Source: Octopus sinensis
Lineage: Eukaryota
Direction of reading: 5' to 3'
NCBI RefSeq assembly: GCF_006345805.1
Contig: NC_043000.1
Coordinates: 158,658,001 to 158,722,000, forward strand
Length of the DNA stretch: 64,000 bases
A program made the position numbers and the translations under genes. The notes beneath the pieces were generated by a model that saw nothing but the letters and a program-made list of their open reading frames with translations, did not search any database and had not been told where the DNA came from. This document shows, piece by piece, positions 14,612-28,322 of the stretch (positions within the stretch are counted from its first letter, which is position 1; every line of letters begins with the position of its first letter).

Positions 14612-15728
14612 CATATATATATATATGTGCATACATGTACAATCACACATATATGTCAATATACTTGTATTCATACATACACGCATGCATGTATATACAC
14701 AGATGTCTACAATGAAAATGGAAGTTACAAGGGTGAAAAAGTATATAACACACCACTGCGCAAATACGCGCAGCCCTAAATTAAACATCAACCAAATAGC
14801 ATCACAGTTTCGATACTCTGCGACAAAATTGTTCGACTTCACTGTGCCAACAACCTAAGCTTGTAGTGTAAACATGATGACGTGTACAGGAAAATATTGT
14901 GACAAGAAGGGCATTTGAGTAAATTAAATCTGTTGGCCGAACATGAATTAAAGAGAAATTGTGGGAAGAACTGGGAAAATAGAGATTAACCGAATGTCAC
15001 AGACAGGTAGTAGAAAGAGTGAGAAGCAGAGAGAATAATATTGTTAGTAAGAAGAAAGGAAAACGAAAGGATAAATTGAAGAGGGAAGTAGAAAGGGGTG
15101 CAAGTAATACAGTGTAAGAACTGTAGGAATAGAATGACAGAAACTGAAGACAGTTTGGGATGTATGCCTCGGCAATTGTGTATTGAAGGAATCGAGCCAT
15201 ATTATGCAATATTTTAACAAACAAAGTAAAGGAAAGAACGATAGAACAAGATTCTTGACGTCATTAGCTATATAGTTAAGGATAAACGCAACTTGGTCAG
15301 CTCTTTCAAATGCATGTGCCATTATAGGACAAGCATTCTCAAGCGCCAGAGCAAAAAACATGAATTGTAATAAACTAAACATTCTACTTTATATTACTTT
15401 ATATTATTGTATACTTATTTGATTAAAATTTAATGCATTCTATTCTTTGACCAATGATCTATTTCTTCGCTTTTAGTATTATTACCAATATAACAATACA
15501 CGATTCTATATATTAAAAAAAAATGTTATTTTTATCTATGTATGTAAGTAGTTAAGTATGTATGTATGTATGTATGTATGCAAGTATGCATGAATATATA
15601 TGCATATATATGCATGTATATATACATATGTATATGTATGTATATATGTATACATAATATGTATATGTGTGTGTGTGTGTGGTGTATCTATATATATATA
15701 TTTATATACATATATATATATATATATA

Positions 15729-16012
15729 GTATAAAGAATCGTGGATAAGGCCAGAAAAATGCGAAATAAATGTAAAGCAAATCCCAAGAAAACAAATACA
15801 TGAATTAATCTAAATTTACCTTGGTTTCAATATTTCGGGGTTATAACCCCCTTTTCAAGACACTGATGATGTTCGTCTGTTTGTTGAAAAAGGGATTATA
15901 ACCCCGAAATATCGAACGCAAGGTAAGTCTAGATTAATTCATATATTTGTATTCTTGGGATTTACCTTACATTCACTTCGCATTGTTCTGGCCTTACCCA
16001 CGATCCTTCATA
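15729..16012. repeat. Long imperfect palindrome (about 130-bp arms, 25-nt loop at 15859-15883), each arm carrying an outward-reading hammerhead-like motif
   Basis: Left arm GTATAAAGAATCGTGGATAAGGCCAGAAAAATGCG.. matches the reverse complement of ..CGCATTGTTCTGGCCTTACCCACGATCCTTCATAC, roughly 80% identity by eye. Confidence 0.9.
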
Positions 16013-16675
16013 CATTATATTCTACACACTGTTTCATAGTAATTATTCCATTATAATATATATTTTATTAAGGGTATTATTATTCGCAAATGCCTCACGC
16101 TAAGCGGGACTCTTAAAATCAAAACTACCAAAATAAATATACAGTGTACCGACAGCGAGGGAGTGCAATATAGTAGTCACTTCTTATAAACAGATTCAGC
16201 CGCAAATCATGATTTCATAGTCAATATACATAATCCACTTTCTAATCGACAGTGCGGGCATAATCAAGACACATAAAAATGGACAAAATTTAACATACCA
16301 GACGAACACCAAACGTGTTGCATAACCTCGTAGTCGGTACTCTGTATATTTATAAATGTATTTAAAGGGAATAATAATAATTTTTTCCCCTATGTGCTTT
16401 TTCATTTATAAGGATGACGTTTTCAAACTCAATTTAATCAGTAGCCAGCATATCAAAATACCTTTACCTTTTCCGGTGAAAATTATAAACAATTATGAAT
16501 AAGGGCAAAAAAAATTCTTTGCCAATATGCTGAAAAATAGACTTTAGTTCATCTGACCACATACAATATTTTTCACTGTAAATGTACGTCGTGGAAAGCT
16601 AGCTAACAGAAATATTTTAAAATTTCTGTTAACTTACTTTCAGTCAAATGACTGAAAAAAGTCAAGGAATAAAAA

Positions 16676-16803
<128 letters not shown>

Positions 16804-16825
16804 TAGATATAGATATATATATATA

Positions 16826-16990
16826 CCTTCGAAATACGGACTGAGTCGAACCAGGGGCAGCTGATGAAGGGGAATATTCCTGTATTGTTTGTCTTTAGTC
16901 TGTTTTTTTCGTTGTTAAAAAAGTCCGTTTCCTTGTTTGATTTTGTTTTTCGTTTCTCGTGTTCTACGTTTATTTTGTGGTCCTGTACTA
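16826..16990 (+). mobile_element. Dispersed repeat (probable retroelement terminus); related copies on minus at about 42410-42630 and 44945-45125
   Basis: Shared layout TCGAAAYACG..AGTM..GRCARCTGATG followed by a T-rich stretch ending TGTGGT(GT)YCTGTRC next to a microsatellite. Confidence 0.5.
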
Positions 16991-17048
16991 CACACACACA
17001 CACATATATACATATATATATATATTATATATATATATTATATATATA

Positions 17049-17095
<47 letters not shown>

Positions 17096-17254
17096 TATTT
17101 AGCTATATAGATGTAGGTATGTAATATATGTATGTATGTATGCATATGTTTTATTTATTAAATTGTTATTATATGACTGAACGCCTCACGTCGTCTCTCT
17201 TTTTCTCTAAGTAAGTTTTTATATAATATATATATATATATATATTGCTCTATC

Positions 17255-17545
17255 TTTTATCACAAACGGAAATATCAGCTGCAAAAGCACAAATTTAGTT
17301 TACCGCATCAAATGCCAGAATTGTGTAGAACTATATGTGGGTCAGACTGGAAATGCTCTATCAGAACTTTCAAATGTGCACAGACAGCAAATTAAAAACC
17401 CAGATGTCTGTCGGATACCTTTGAGTAACCATCTAGCAACATGTGATCGGAAAATATTCATAATATTTCCATTCTATAAGCTACGCAGCCCAAGTGAAAT
17501 GGAGAGTAAAACCAGATAAAAGAACCTTATTGATAAATTCCAACC
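17255..17545 (+). mobile_element. Penelope-like element, GIY-YIG endonuclease remnant
   Basis: SCKSTNLVYRIKCQNCVELYVGQTGNALSELSNVHRQQIKNP..LSNHLATC..FIIFPFYKL..*KNLIDKFQP. Contains LVY...YVG, the CxxC and the conserved R/H positions of PLE GIY-YIG domains. Confidence 0.85.
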
Positions 17546-18284
17546 CAAGATAAAATAAACAATAATAATAATAATTAGGGGTACTCTTTCTACTCCTACC
17601 ACCACTATCACTTGCAACTACAGCAAAAAAAGTACTAAAGTTTCTTATCATGACGATAGCAGGAAAATGCTAGCTAAATCAAGAGAAAAGCCAGTAAAAA
17701 TTATCCTAGTTAGTGTTTAAAGTCCTGTTACTACAGTTACTCCTACCACCACCACCACCACCACCAACAACAACGACAACAATAACAAAGGTGATGATAA
17801 TTGAAATGTAAATACCCTTGCATAATGTCGTTAACAACATTTCTAAAAATAGCTAAATAATTACTGCTTTGACCCAGGGTCAAATACAGGTCTCTTGACA
17901 TGTTCAACAAACTGTGACGCATAAACCAAACACCAAGTAACTTAAGTAATTTAGTGGAGCCATATACTGATTGATCAGAATACAGAGAACAAAACTAAAG
18001 TCCTGGAGTCTATACAAATATATTTAAGACACACATTTAAGCCATCCTATTACAGTTGTAAATTTTAAAACATAACTGTCACCACTAATATATGAATCTG
18101 AAAATTTCATGGTTTAATGCATGAAAGTGCTAATTCAATCATAATGAACATTTAGTATTCTATCATTGCATTGTATCATATTATCTTATATCATATTATT
18201 ATAACATTGTAAATAAAACGTAAAAATCTAAGTTAGAATTCCTTTGATTAATATATTCATTGTATACACAATCACACACACTCA

Positions 18285-18480
18285 TGTCGCCATGATAGAT
18301 CGGTAGCCAGTACACACATTTTTTCTTTCCTTGTTTCTTTCTGTGTTCCTTTCTGTGGAAGGGCATAGGCTCGAAACGGAAAAGACTTTTTCAATTACTG
18401 AGCGTTATACTAATACCTCTGTTTGTGTTCTACACCACCTGTCTTCGTCTCTTGTTTTTTTCGTGAATTCTCCCTATATA
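18285..18480 (+). mobile_element. PLE-type terminal repeat carrying an inactivated minimal hammerhead motif (18349-18384); same family as 23500-23690
   Basis: CTTT-CTGTGGA-A-GGGC-ATAG-GCTC-GAAA-CG-GA-AAAG; U16.1 is mutated to G. Confidence 0.55.
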
Positions 18481-19589
18481 TATATGTTCATATAGAAAAG
18501 CCTCTACTCTAGTACATATGTTTACCCGTGTATATTTATACTGTGCAGTTGTTCCGATCAATTTATCTTTTGTTCAACAGACATGATGAAAGCATTCGAA
18601 TCATGTTCACCCTTTCTTGTGCTGTATGCTGTTCATTGTATAAGGTGTCGTTCTTTTTCTAATACGATCATGTGATTTTAGTGATATCATGCTGTAATTA
18701 ACTAACCGACCGACTTAACTTGTATATGCCTTCTAGTTGTTTTGTTAGCCAGTTAATTTACATGTGCACATGTAAGAATATTTCTGCAAATCTTGTTTTA
18801 ACATATGTGTATGTCTTCTTGTATAGTGTTCTGAATCTGTAAGGTTATTAATCATGCCATAATGACAAAAACCTTGAAATATATTCTATACTAATAAAAT
18901 AAATTCATTGGAAAGAGCTGTCGAGATATTATATTCGAAATGTTGACATTTACATACGCGTAATTATATTTATAAAAATCGTTTCTATCAAATTTTCGCG
19001 ATAATATTTTTTTCATTCTACATCCCGAATTTATATTATGTTACTGCAGGATTTTATTTCTATTTTGTAATATTCTATATTGCTAATCTCGTTTCTTATA
19101 TCTCAATATTCTGCGAGTTTCACTTTCGTTATTATACTAAATATTAACTACAATAAAAGCGCTTGAATAAATTTTAAGCCCCAAACACCATATGAACAAA
19201 AGTCTAACCAGAAACTTTGTAAACGTTTGCGCGAATGAGTCAAATATATGCGTATATATGCGTGTGCATTTGTGTGTGTGTGCGTTCGTGCCTGTGTATG
19301 TGCGTGTGTGTTCAGTATTTCACAGAAGTATGCACACTCCTAAAAAATTTTAGTAAAATTGCCATTACTCTGATGATATCGAAGGAAGTCTAACGAAATT
19401 TATGCCGAATAAAATATATTGTACATGAAAACATAAATTTGTAACAAAACAATAAAGATTTTCCAAGATATGAACGAAATATAAATTTTCAAACGATACA
19501 AAAATATGTACACCCAAAAGGATTTTTTGCTATATTACATATTTGGTGTGCAGATCTGGGACAGACTGCCCGCTACAAGACCATTGAAG

Positions 19590-20910
19590 AAGATCATGAC
19601 GCACATCAATGCACCGTTCATAACATACCAAATAACTCCTATAGCTTCTACATTGGATCTACAACGAATTTGGCACATTTAAATTCGTTTAAATATAAAG
19701 AGAATAGCAATTCCGCATCACTAGCCAGCCAGTGCACCATATAATTAATAGAAAAGCACAATATAGACTTTCCTAGGTTATAATAGACTCTGGTATTCCA
19801 TATCAGGGTCAGGATTCCATTTATGAACTCTGCTTAAAAGAAGCCCTCAAACTTTTAACCCATGACTCACCACAATTGCTTTATACACACCACGAAGCCT
19901 TCACGACTTGTAAACATAAATTCTTCCGCACTTTTAAATACTTTCATAAATCTAGATGTAAATTCACCCCACCACAAATAACACCCTCATAATACAAAAC
20001 TCATGATCGTTAACACATACCCCTCTATATCTCTTCTATCAACCTTACCTCATTACTTTATAAGATAAATATTAATTCTTTAATTTATTTTAAAACCTTA
20101 ACTTAATAAATCCCCTAATATTTAATCTAACTCTTATTCTAAATAATTTAACATTCAACTTGTTTCTCCATTCACGACTGCCTACGCACCCATAACCCCT
20201 TTGCTTATAATATCTCTAAATTCAATGACCTAAGTCAAATTTCCTCCCCAACCCCTATAGACTAGAATAATATCACTGGCACCTACTATTCTCTTTAAAT
20301 TCCTTTCATTTTGCATTATTTTGTTGTTCTTTTTTTACCTTATCTTCCTTTACCGCCTCCTCCTCTCTCTTATCTTCTTGGCTATCTTTGTCCGCTATAT
20401 TATGAAACCCTATATTTTTATATACCTTATTTTATCCTTAACGCCTGTCCTTAACTTCCTCCCTAACACCAGCTACCTCTCTTTCTATTTAATTAATTTT
20501 CTCTCTTTTCACTATTTAATAGCCAGCTCCGCTAGGATTCTGTTACTGAACGTTAATATGTAGGCGTTTTCCCCCTGGATATTTATACTATCATGACTTT
20601 AACCTACATGGATTTACACAGGACTGCACCTAAGTTCTACAAGATCGAACAATTCAACTGTCAACTTTTATACTTCTTTTTTCTTCGCTTTCTTCATCTT
20701 CTTATTCCTTTACTCCTGTACTTTATGTCGTCATTTAATTAATCTATACTCTTCTCATTTTCCCTATATGCCTCCGATGACGAAATATCCCATACTCTGG
20801 GATACTCCAGAAACAGCTGTTAGACTTTGAATTTTTTTCCAACAATACTAAAATATATGACTTGAGATGTTTGCCTTGCCTTAACGTTTGTTGTCCTCTT
20901 TAACAAATAT
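19590..20910 (+). mobile_element. 3' fragment of a Penelope-like element (GIY-YIG remnant, 3' region, terminal hammerhead)
   Basis: QCTVHNIPNNSYSFYIGSTTN (YIG at about 19649-19657); YELCLKEALKLLTHDSPQLLYTHHEAFTTCKH (CxLCLxE..LLN.R.E..CxH-like); hammerhead motif at 20770-20825. Confidence 0.7.
20770..20825 (+). ncRNA. Degenerate type-I hammerhead ribozyme motif
   Basis: GCCT-CCGATGA-[CGAAATATCCCA-TACTC-TGGGATACTCCA]-GAAA-CAGCTG-TT-AGAC. Stem III is palindromic and stem II is 3 transitions away from a perfect 12-bp helix. Confidence 0.55.
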
Positions 20911-21032
20911 ATATCCGCTATATCAGAAATCTACAGTGGCTCCATAACGACCGCCTCGGCTATGACCTTGGAGCCTTAGTAATTCGTTTAAGCACATGCC
21001 TGGCGTATTTAGCCGTTCAGATCACCTGTAAA

Positions 21033-21099
<67 letters not shown>

Positions 21100-22442
21100 T
21101 ATAATCACATATATGCATATATAAGCTTTTGCTATTGGTCCTCGTGCGAATACCTGAATGATACGAAGTTGTCCAAAAACCCGTAAGAAAACAAGAAAAT
21201 GGATAGATATCATGAGAAATTGATATAAAATTACAAAACATTGAATGCCAAATATTCACAGAATAATTGTGGTATAATCACGTCTTCAATAGAAAATAGC
21301 AAACTTCCCCAAGCACAAAAGACATTCTCAGTAAGTAGAAGCAATGATAATTCTATCTGAATAGGAATCAAATTACAGCCGAGAGTGACCTTCTCTGCGT
21401 CTTCTTTTTTCTTTGCTTCTATGTTATTTTAATTTCTGACCGCTTGTAATTAGTGATTTATCATTAAACAATTTTTTCTCTACTGGTTTATGATGTTTTC
21501 TTAGCAAGACAATAAATATTGAGTAAACATTGTTGTTGTACTTTTCATAGGTTGTATAGTGTTTATGTTCGGTTCATTTATTTAAGAGAGTTCCTTTAGT
21601 GCGAAACGCCAATCACTATTCATTGACATGCGATATTCATAGAGTGTTAAGTACATTCATATGTGTGCGTGTATGTATTCGTGATTATAAAGATATCTCG
21701 CTATTATGTACATGTGTTTGTGAATGTGTATCTACTGGCATATATGCTATTGAATAGATTTATGTATGAATACACACACATATATATAAATATTATTATT
21801 TCTAAATCTCTTAACCGAGAAACATTCAGTAACAGTACTCTAGATTAATGAGTATTTGCCAACATAATGTGGCAACAATGATTAGAACGAATGTTACAGT
21901 TATTTGGCCCCAGAAAATATCGTCTTCAGCTGGCTGTCGACGCATTATCTGCGTCCTTACATATTCGACCAAGGGAGTTCAGTGTCCCCACTCAGCTCTA
22001 AAGCAATATCAGTAACATTCGTCCTAATCAGGATTTCCATATTATGTTGGCAAATAATTTTTACTCTAGCGTCCTATTACTTGTCAGTAACCGGACTAAA
22101 CAACTAACTTATAATTCAGAGACAAGACAGCACGTGTCCCATCATTATATGCTATAACTTTTCAAATATCGCACGCATTTACAGTCAGTAATAGATACAA
22201 TGCCGAGCTGAAACATCGAGAATGCTAAGAATACTGTGTGTGAAAAATTATAGTAAATAAACATCTTTGAAAGAGCTCTGCATTTTCAAACCCTCTTTCC
22301 TACTATATATATATATATATATATATAACTATATTATATATATAGATATATATATATATATATATAAACGTATAAATTTTGTAGGACACAAACACGTGTT
22401 TCGTGGCTATATTTAAGAAATGATAACAGTTAAAATAAGAAG

Positions 22443-22517
<75 letters not shown>

Positions 22518-23034
22518 GAGAGAGAGGAGAATAGATACAGAAATATTTTTAGATATGTATATCCTTGCATATATATGGAAACATATAGAATATTCAGTTC
22601 AGTGTAGGATAATCATTCAAGTAATGTAACATCGGTGTCAAAGTGTATGGTGTCAAATTTTGCCCAAATCGCTACAGACGTGAGCCCATGACAGCTGGAT
22701 GAAGCTTAAATTCTGTACAGTTTTGCACGTTTTGTTTGTCGAATTTATAGACATATGAGTCTAATGTATAGTTGTAGCTTCACCACTTGACAATAATCAT
22801 CGTCTACTACCTCTATGCTCTGTTCTTCAGCTGCACGTCGCACGCTATATTTTAATTCCTATTCAATCATTTTACTCTGCTATATTTTATTAGTTAGATT
22901 ATATTTTTCTGTTCCTGCCATTCAGACATGATCATTTCACTCTGAATGCTTCCATATATGCATTCGCAAATTTACACCTGCCTATGTAAGTATGTATGTA
23001 TGTATGCATCTATCTATCTATCTATCTATCTATC

Positions 23035-23076
<42 letters not shown>

Positions 23077-23373
23077 CACCTATGCATGTACGCATTATGT
23101 ATGTATACGCATGTATATATATATATATATATTTATATAGGGGGAAGTAAGATGAAAAATAAGCGAAAATGCACATTGAAAATCAAGAAAAGTAAAGGCT
23201 TTTTATGAAAAGTAACGATACATATATACAATTCGATAAACTGAGGTAAGAATAAAAGTAATAAAAATCATTGTGAATTGTTAAAGAGATTCAAAAGCAT
23301 ACCAGTTTCGTAAGATTACTGATCACTGCTTTGAATGCGCACCGATTACAGAACAGTGATGTGTCTACTAGCC

Positions 23374-23409
<36 letters not shown>

Positions 23410-23499
23410 TAAGCAATAAAGGGTTTAGCAACGAATTGCCTTACCAATTACCGAATTAGAAATAGCAGTCCAAGAGTTATAGCTATTTCTTCTACTAAA

Positions 23500-23690
23500 A
23501 AGGAGAGATCTCAGTAAAAACAAACAATTGTATTAGTATGGCGCTCAGGAATATAAATAAAACAAGTCTTTTACGTTTCGAGCCTACGCTCTTCTACAGA
23601 AAGATACACAGAAAAGAAACACAGAAAGAAACAAGGAGAGAAAAAAAAATGCGTGCAGAGGCTAGCGAATTAACATGGCGATCTGAAATA
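23500..23690 (-). mobile_element. PLE-type terminal repeat (family of 18285-18480)
   Basis: Reverse complement aligns with 18285-18480 by eye (GAGCGTAGGCTCGAAACGTAAAAGAC, CTGAGCG..ATACTAATAC). Confidence 0.6.
23567..23604 (-). ncRNA. Minimal hammerhead-like motif, variant core
   Basis: TCTTT-CTGTAGA-A-GAGC-GTAG-GCTC-GAAA-CG-TA-AAAGA: 5-bp stem I, 4-bp stem II, palindromic ACGT stem III, GUA cleavage triplet. Confidence 0.6.
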
Positions 23691-23833
23691 TATATTATAT
23701 ATATATATAGAAAATAGTAAAGTGTGAAAAAACGACAGAAGGCTTAAATGTTAAAAAATATAAAAAATCGTTTTTTCACACTTTACTATTTTCTTATATA
23801 TTCACCACGTGCTTTACCAAACAAACTTTCTTA

Positions 23834-23931
<98 letters not shown>

Positions 23932-23990
23932 CATACATACATATACATACATACATACATACATACATACATACATACATACATACATCA

Positions 23991-24061
<71 letters not shown>

Positions 24062-24180
24062 GTGTGTGTGTATACATGTACATATTATATATATTATATA
24101 TAAAAAGTTCAGTAAAAATTTAGATTTAGCATGAAACGATTGTACTACACTACCTTTGGATATCCTTGTTGCTTATTTTG

Positions 24181-24241
<61 letters not shown>

Positions 24242-24879
24242 ATCTATCTATCTATATACACACACACGCACATGTATCGACTTTCAGTCTTCAGAGGTTG
24301 ATGAAATAAGCACTAGTTGAGCACCGGGGGCAATGTAATCGTCTTGATCCTCTGAAGAAAATTACTAGCCTTGTGTCTAAATTTCAAAACATTATTTGCA
24401 TCTTTAGTCTTTGACCTGTAACGACTCTAGCACACCAACTTGAAGTGTTTAGATAAAAGAATTTATCCCAGTGCCTACCTTGTACATCATTTTATAGTTG
24501 TCTTTTTTATTTTGCTGAATAGCTAAGTTACGGAACATAAACAAGCGAATGGAGGAACAAACGTAAACACAGTGATACACATATATACACGAAAATATGC
24601 ACACACATACACATGCACACATATATACCCGTAGACGAAGGGCTTTAACACAGTTTTCGATTAGTAAATTCACATCCAAGTCATTGGTACGCTTCGAGTC
24701 TGCAGTAGGAGTCTGCGCGGTGGATTAAATATCGATTCATGTAGTTACAAAATAAGCGTCTTAACCGCCCAACTATTGCACATACACCCATGCTCTCTCG
24801 CTCTCTTTCTCTCTCACTCTCACACACATATGCGTATGTATGTACACACACACACACACTCACATATATATATATATGA

Positions 24880-25231
24880 GGCACCTTGGGAAAGTGTCTT
24901 CTATTATAGCCTCGGCCCGACCAAAGCCTTGTGAGTGGATTTGGTAGACGGAAACTGAAAGAAGCCCGTCGTTAATATCTATATATATATATATGTGTGT
25001 GTGTTCGTGTGTGTTCGTGTGTCTGTGTTTGTCCCCTTAGCATTGCTTGACAACCGATGCTGGTGTGTTTATGTCTCCGTTACTTAGCGGTTCGGCAAAA
25101 GAGACCGATAGAATAAGTACTGGGCTTACAAAGGAATAAGTCCCGGGGTCGAGTTGCTCGATTAAAGGCGGTGCTCCAGCATGGCCGCAGTCAAATGACT
25201 GAAACATGTAAAAGAGTAAAGAGTAAGAGTA
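24880..25231 (+). mobile_element. SINE family A, 5'-truncated
   Basis: Aligns by eye to 30897-31340, including the internal (TA)n(TG)n and the GGCGGTGCTCCAGCATGGCCGCAGTCAAATGACTGAAAC tail with (AAGAGTA)n. Confidence 0.9.
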
Positions 25232-25509
25232 TATATATATAGTTGTCGTTTTTATGGACTGATGGGTATGTGTCGATTAGTGTATTGAAGTGTTGAGTAG
25301 AGCACTGGCACGGTTTGGGCTGCCTGGTGTCATCTGCAGTCGGGGGTATATTTCCTTTGCATGTACTTCAGGAAGTCCGCGGTGTTAGTTGAGATAATGA
25401 TAATTGATTAAGTAAGCAGAAAATGGATTTGCTTTAATCCTTTATTTTGTGCAAATTAATATCAAATCCATCTTCTTGCTACTTAGTTAATTATCACACA
25501 CACACACAC

Positions 25510-25546
<37 letters not shown>

Positions 25547-27296
25547 CTAACTTAAAAGCTTTTAAGCTCGCTCGCTGGAAGGCTTTTCATTAGGCCCATC
25601 AACGACACTTCTTACATTAAATATATATTAAATTTTATTAAACTTGAACACGAAACAATGAACAATTATCAAAAGAATGCTATAGTTTGTCGACTTGGAA
25701 TTTATTGCAAAGCTGCATGATAACCACTGCTATCACCGCCACTTCTGCGATACGTACAGCATTCAGACTTCTGACGCCACCATCATGAATACTTTTGACT
25801 TTGCCTCCTTCCCCGCCGCCACGAACACTACTGTCTTTCACATCATTTACTCTTACCGTCATCCGTGACCGTCGGCCACTCCCACCACCACCACCATCAC
25901 AATTATCACCACCGCCTGCGCCTCTATCACTAATACACCCCATACTATTACGACCACGCCATTACTATCACGAAAAGACTAATGTGTGTGTAAAAGAATT
26001 GTGTTCGTTCTGTATGTTAGTTCATTATGTTGGTTCAATGTTCAGTCCCTCTTTCTCTCACATACCCACACTTTCTCTCTCTCTTATTATTACTCCCACT
26101 GCCACTATCAACATTACTACTTTTAATAAATACATTATCAACTCTCCCTAAATTTCTTTGTCTCTCTCTTTCCCTACCTCTCTTTTCTTTCTTTCTTTCT
26201 TTCTTTCTTTCTTGCTCTCTCTTCCTCTCTCTCTCTATTAACCACCCCCTCACCGTCTCTATACCTACTATTACTCTCATCACAGCATAAGCAATAATAG
26301 AAGTGTCAATGAACTGTGAGAGGGGGGTCGAAGTGTGACACACTGACACACAGAAATTAGTTTTCGCATTTATTATACATATACATCTATATACAGATAT
26401 ATCTATACACATACACAAACACACACATACACACACATACATACAGAAACACATACATATATACATACAGAAACACATACATATATACATACAGAAACAC
26501 TCGGAAAAGACACCCAGAAACAATGCTAGATACTGTACATCATAAGTCATTGATGTATGAGTGAAAGCAAGCGCACACTTATCAGAAACTGAGATTGACT
26601 GTGTGTGAAAAGGTGAGAGTATTTCCAAAGCAATGAAAGATCTCTGGAATTAACGCGCCATTGGGGAAAAGGGAGTCGCTTCTATTGGAGAGAGAAAGAC
26701 ACATGTGAGCGTTTCTGCTTCAACAGGCGTCATTAGTTCATAAATGTCATATCGGGATGCCCTTGAGATATAGGTCGGGATAATTTCCATAATGAAACCA
26801 AAAAGTGTATTCATTATGGGAAAAAGTGAGACTGTCTAGAAACAAATTTGGACAGGAAAGACTAAGACACTTATACTAAATACCATAAAGCATACTTTAT
26901 TATTCATTCGTCGAAATTATCGTCTTTCCAACGGAAGGAACACAAACTGAATTTTCCGTCCTGGAATTAACAATAATTGGCTGACCACTCCATAAAACCG
27001 CATACATTTTAACGTAGTTTTCACAGAATGTGACAAGGGTAGCCCTTGGAAATACAGATATAGCTCATTTTTGACAGGCGAGTAGACTGAGGCAATGTGA
27101 AATAAATTGTCTTGCTGAAGGAAACTACGCTTCAACTAGAATAGAACTCACAAACTTTTGCTGATGGGCCGAATACTCTAATCCCTAAACCAAGTTCTTT
27201 ACTTATAAACATTTCTGGAACTGGAGAAAAGAATGTAGCTTTTGGAGTTACTTGTATTTTGCAATTGTTGTTTTACTCAGCATATTGTATGTTTTG

Positions 27297-27306
27297 CGTG
27301 CGTGCG

Positions 27307-27361
<55 letters not shown>

Positions 27362-27503
27362 TGTGTGTGTGTGTGTTTGTGTGTGTGTGTTTGTGTGTGT
27401 TTGTGTGTGTGTGTGTTTGTGTGTGCGTGTGTTTCTGTGTATGTGTGTTTGTGTGTGTGTATGTATGTGTGTATATGTATGTGTGTGTGTTTGTGTGTGT
27501 GTG

Positions 27504-27552
<49 letters not shown>
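27297..27552. repeat. Long imperfect (TG)n microsatellite
   Basis: Direct reading; source of the poly-CV/poly-HT ORFs. Confidence 0.97.
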
Positions 27553-27649
27553 CGTGCATGCTAAATGACATCTTTTTCAAAAATCCCCATCTTTCTCAGA
27601 TTAGCACCTGTCCATTCACTGAGAAAAGTGTACAAATGATTATTGGCGA

Positions 27650-27930
27650 AACTGTAAATATATATTCTGAGTATAGCAGCAAGACGTTTCGAAGCAGTTG
27701 CGTTAATTTTCTTTCTCTTCGATTTCGAAAGAGTTATTCACACAAGCAAGGCAGCTGATGTGTATGGTGGTACATACATATCCAAACAACGATATTCTGC
27801 CATTTATGCTGGCACCTGGTAGACGCTTTGATATGAATGCTCCACCAATATTCCTAATGTTGATGTTTATGTATGTGTTTGGGGAGATCTTGTTTTTATC
27901 CCAGGACAGCTTTTCTTTTACGGATTGCGT
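27650..27930 (-). mobile_element. RTE-type LINE ORF C-terminal remnant
   Basis: KLSWDKNKISPNTYI...ISKRL...RISLFGYV resembles the ISWxDxISN..RRLRxFGHV region. Confidence 0.4.
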
Positions 27931-27934
27931 TGCA

Positions 27935-28322
27935 TCCTCTCTAGCACTCCGTCGGTTACGACGACGAGTGTTCCGGTTGATCCGAATCAACGGAACAGCC
28001 TGCTCGTGAAATTAACGTGTAAGTGGCCGAGCACTCCACAGACACGTGTACCCTTAACGTAGTTCTCGGGGATATTCAGCATGACACAGAGAGTGACAAG
28101 GCCGGCCCCTTGAAATACAGGTACAACAGAAACAGGAAGTAAGAGTGAGAGAAAGTTGTGGTGAAAGAGTACAGCAGGGATCACCACCATCCCCTGCCGG
28201 AGCCTCGTGGAGCTTTTAGGTGTTTTCGCTCAATAAACACTCACAACGCCCGGTCTGGGAATCGAAACCGCCATCTTATGACCGCGAGTCCGCTGCCCTA
28301 ACCACTGGGCCATTGCGCCTCC
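27935..28322 (-). mobile_element. tRNA-derived SINE family B, full length
   Basis: Head GGAGGCGCAATGGCCCAGTGGTTAGGGCAGCGGACTCGCGG..GGTTTCGATTCCCAGACC contains Pol III A and B boxes, followed by a non-tRNA body. Confidence 0.88.

Noticed and set aside
26640-27135. FLQQDNLFHIAS (minus) resembling Tc1 FQQDNAPxH
   Set aside because: A single weak motif with no TIR or other transposase motifs found.
28250-28322. tRNA gene-like sequence (also 29551-29625, 30897-30965)
   Set aside because: These are SINE heads continuing into SINE bodies, with no complete cloverleaf or acceptor stem.
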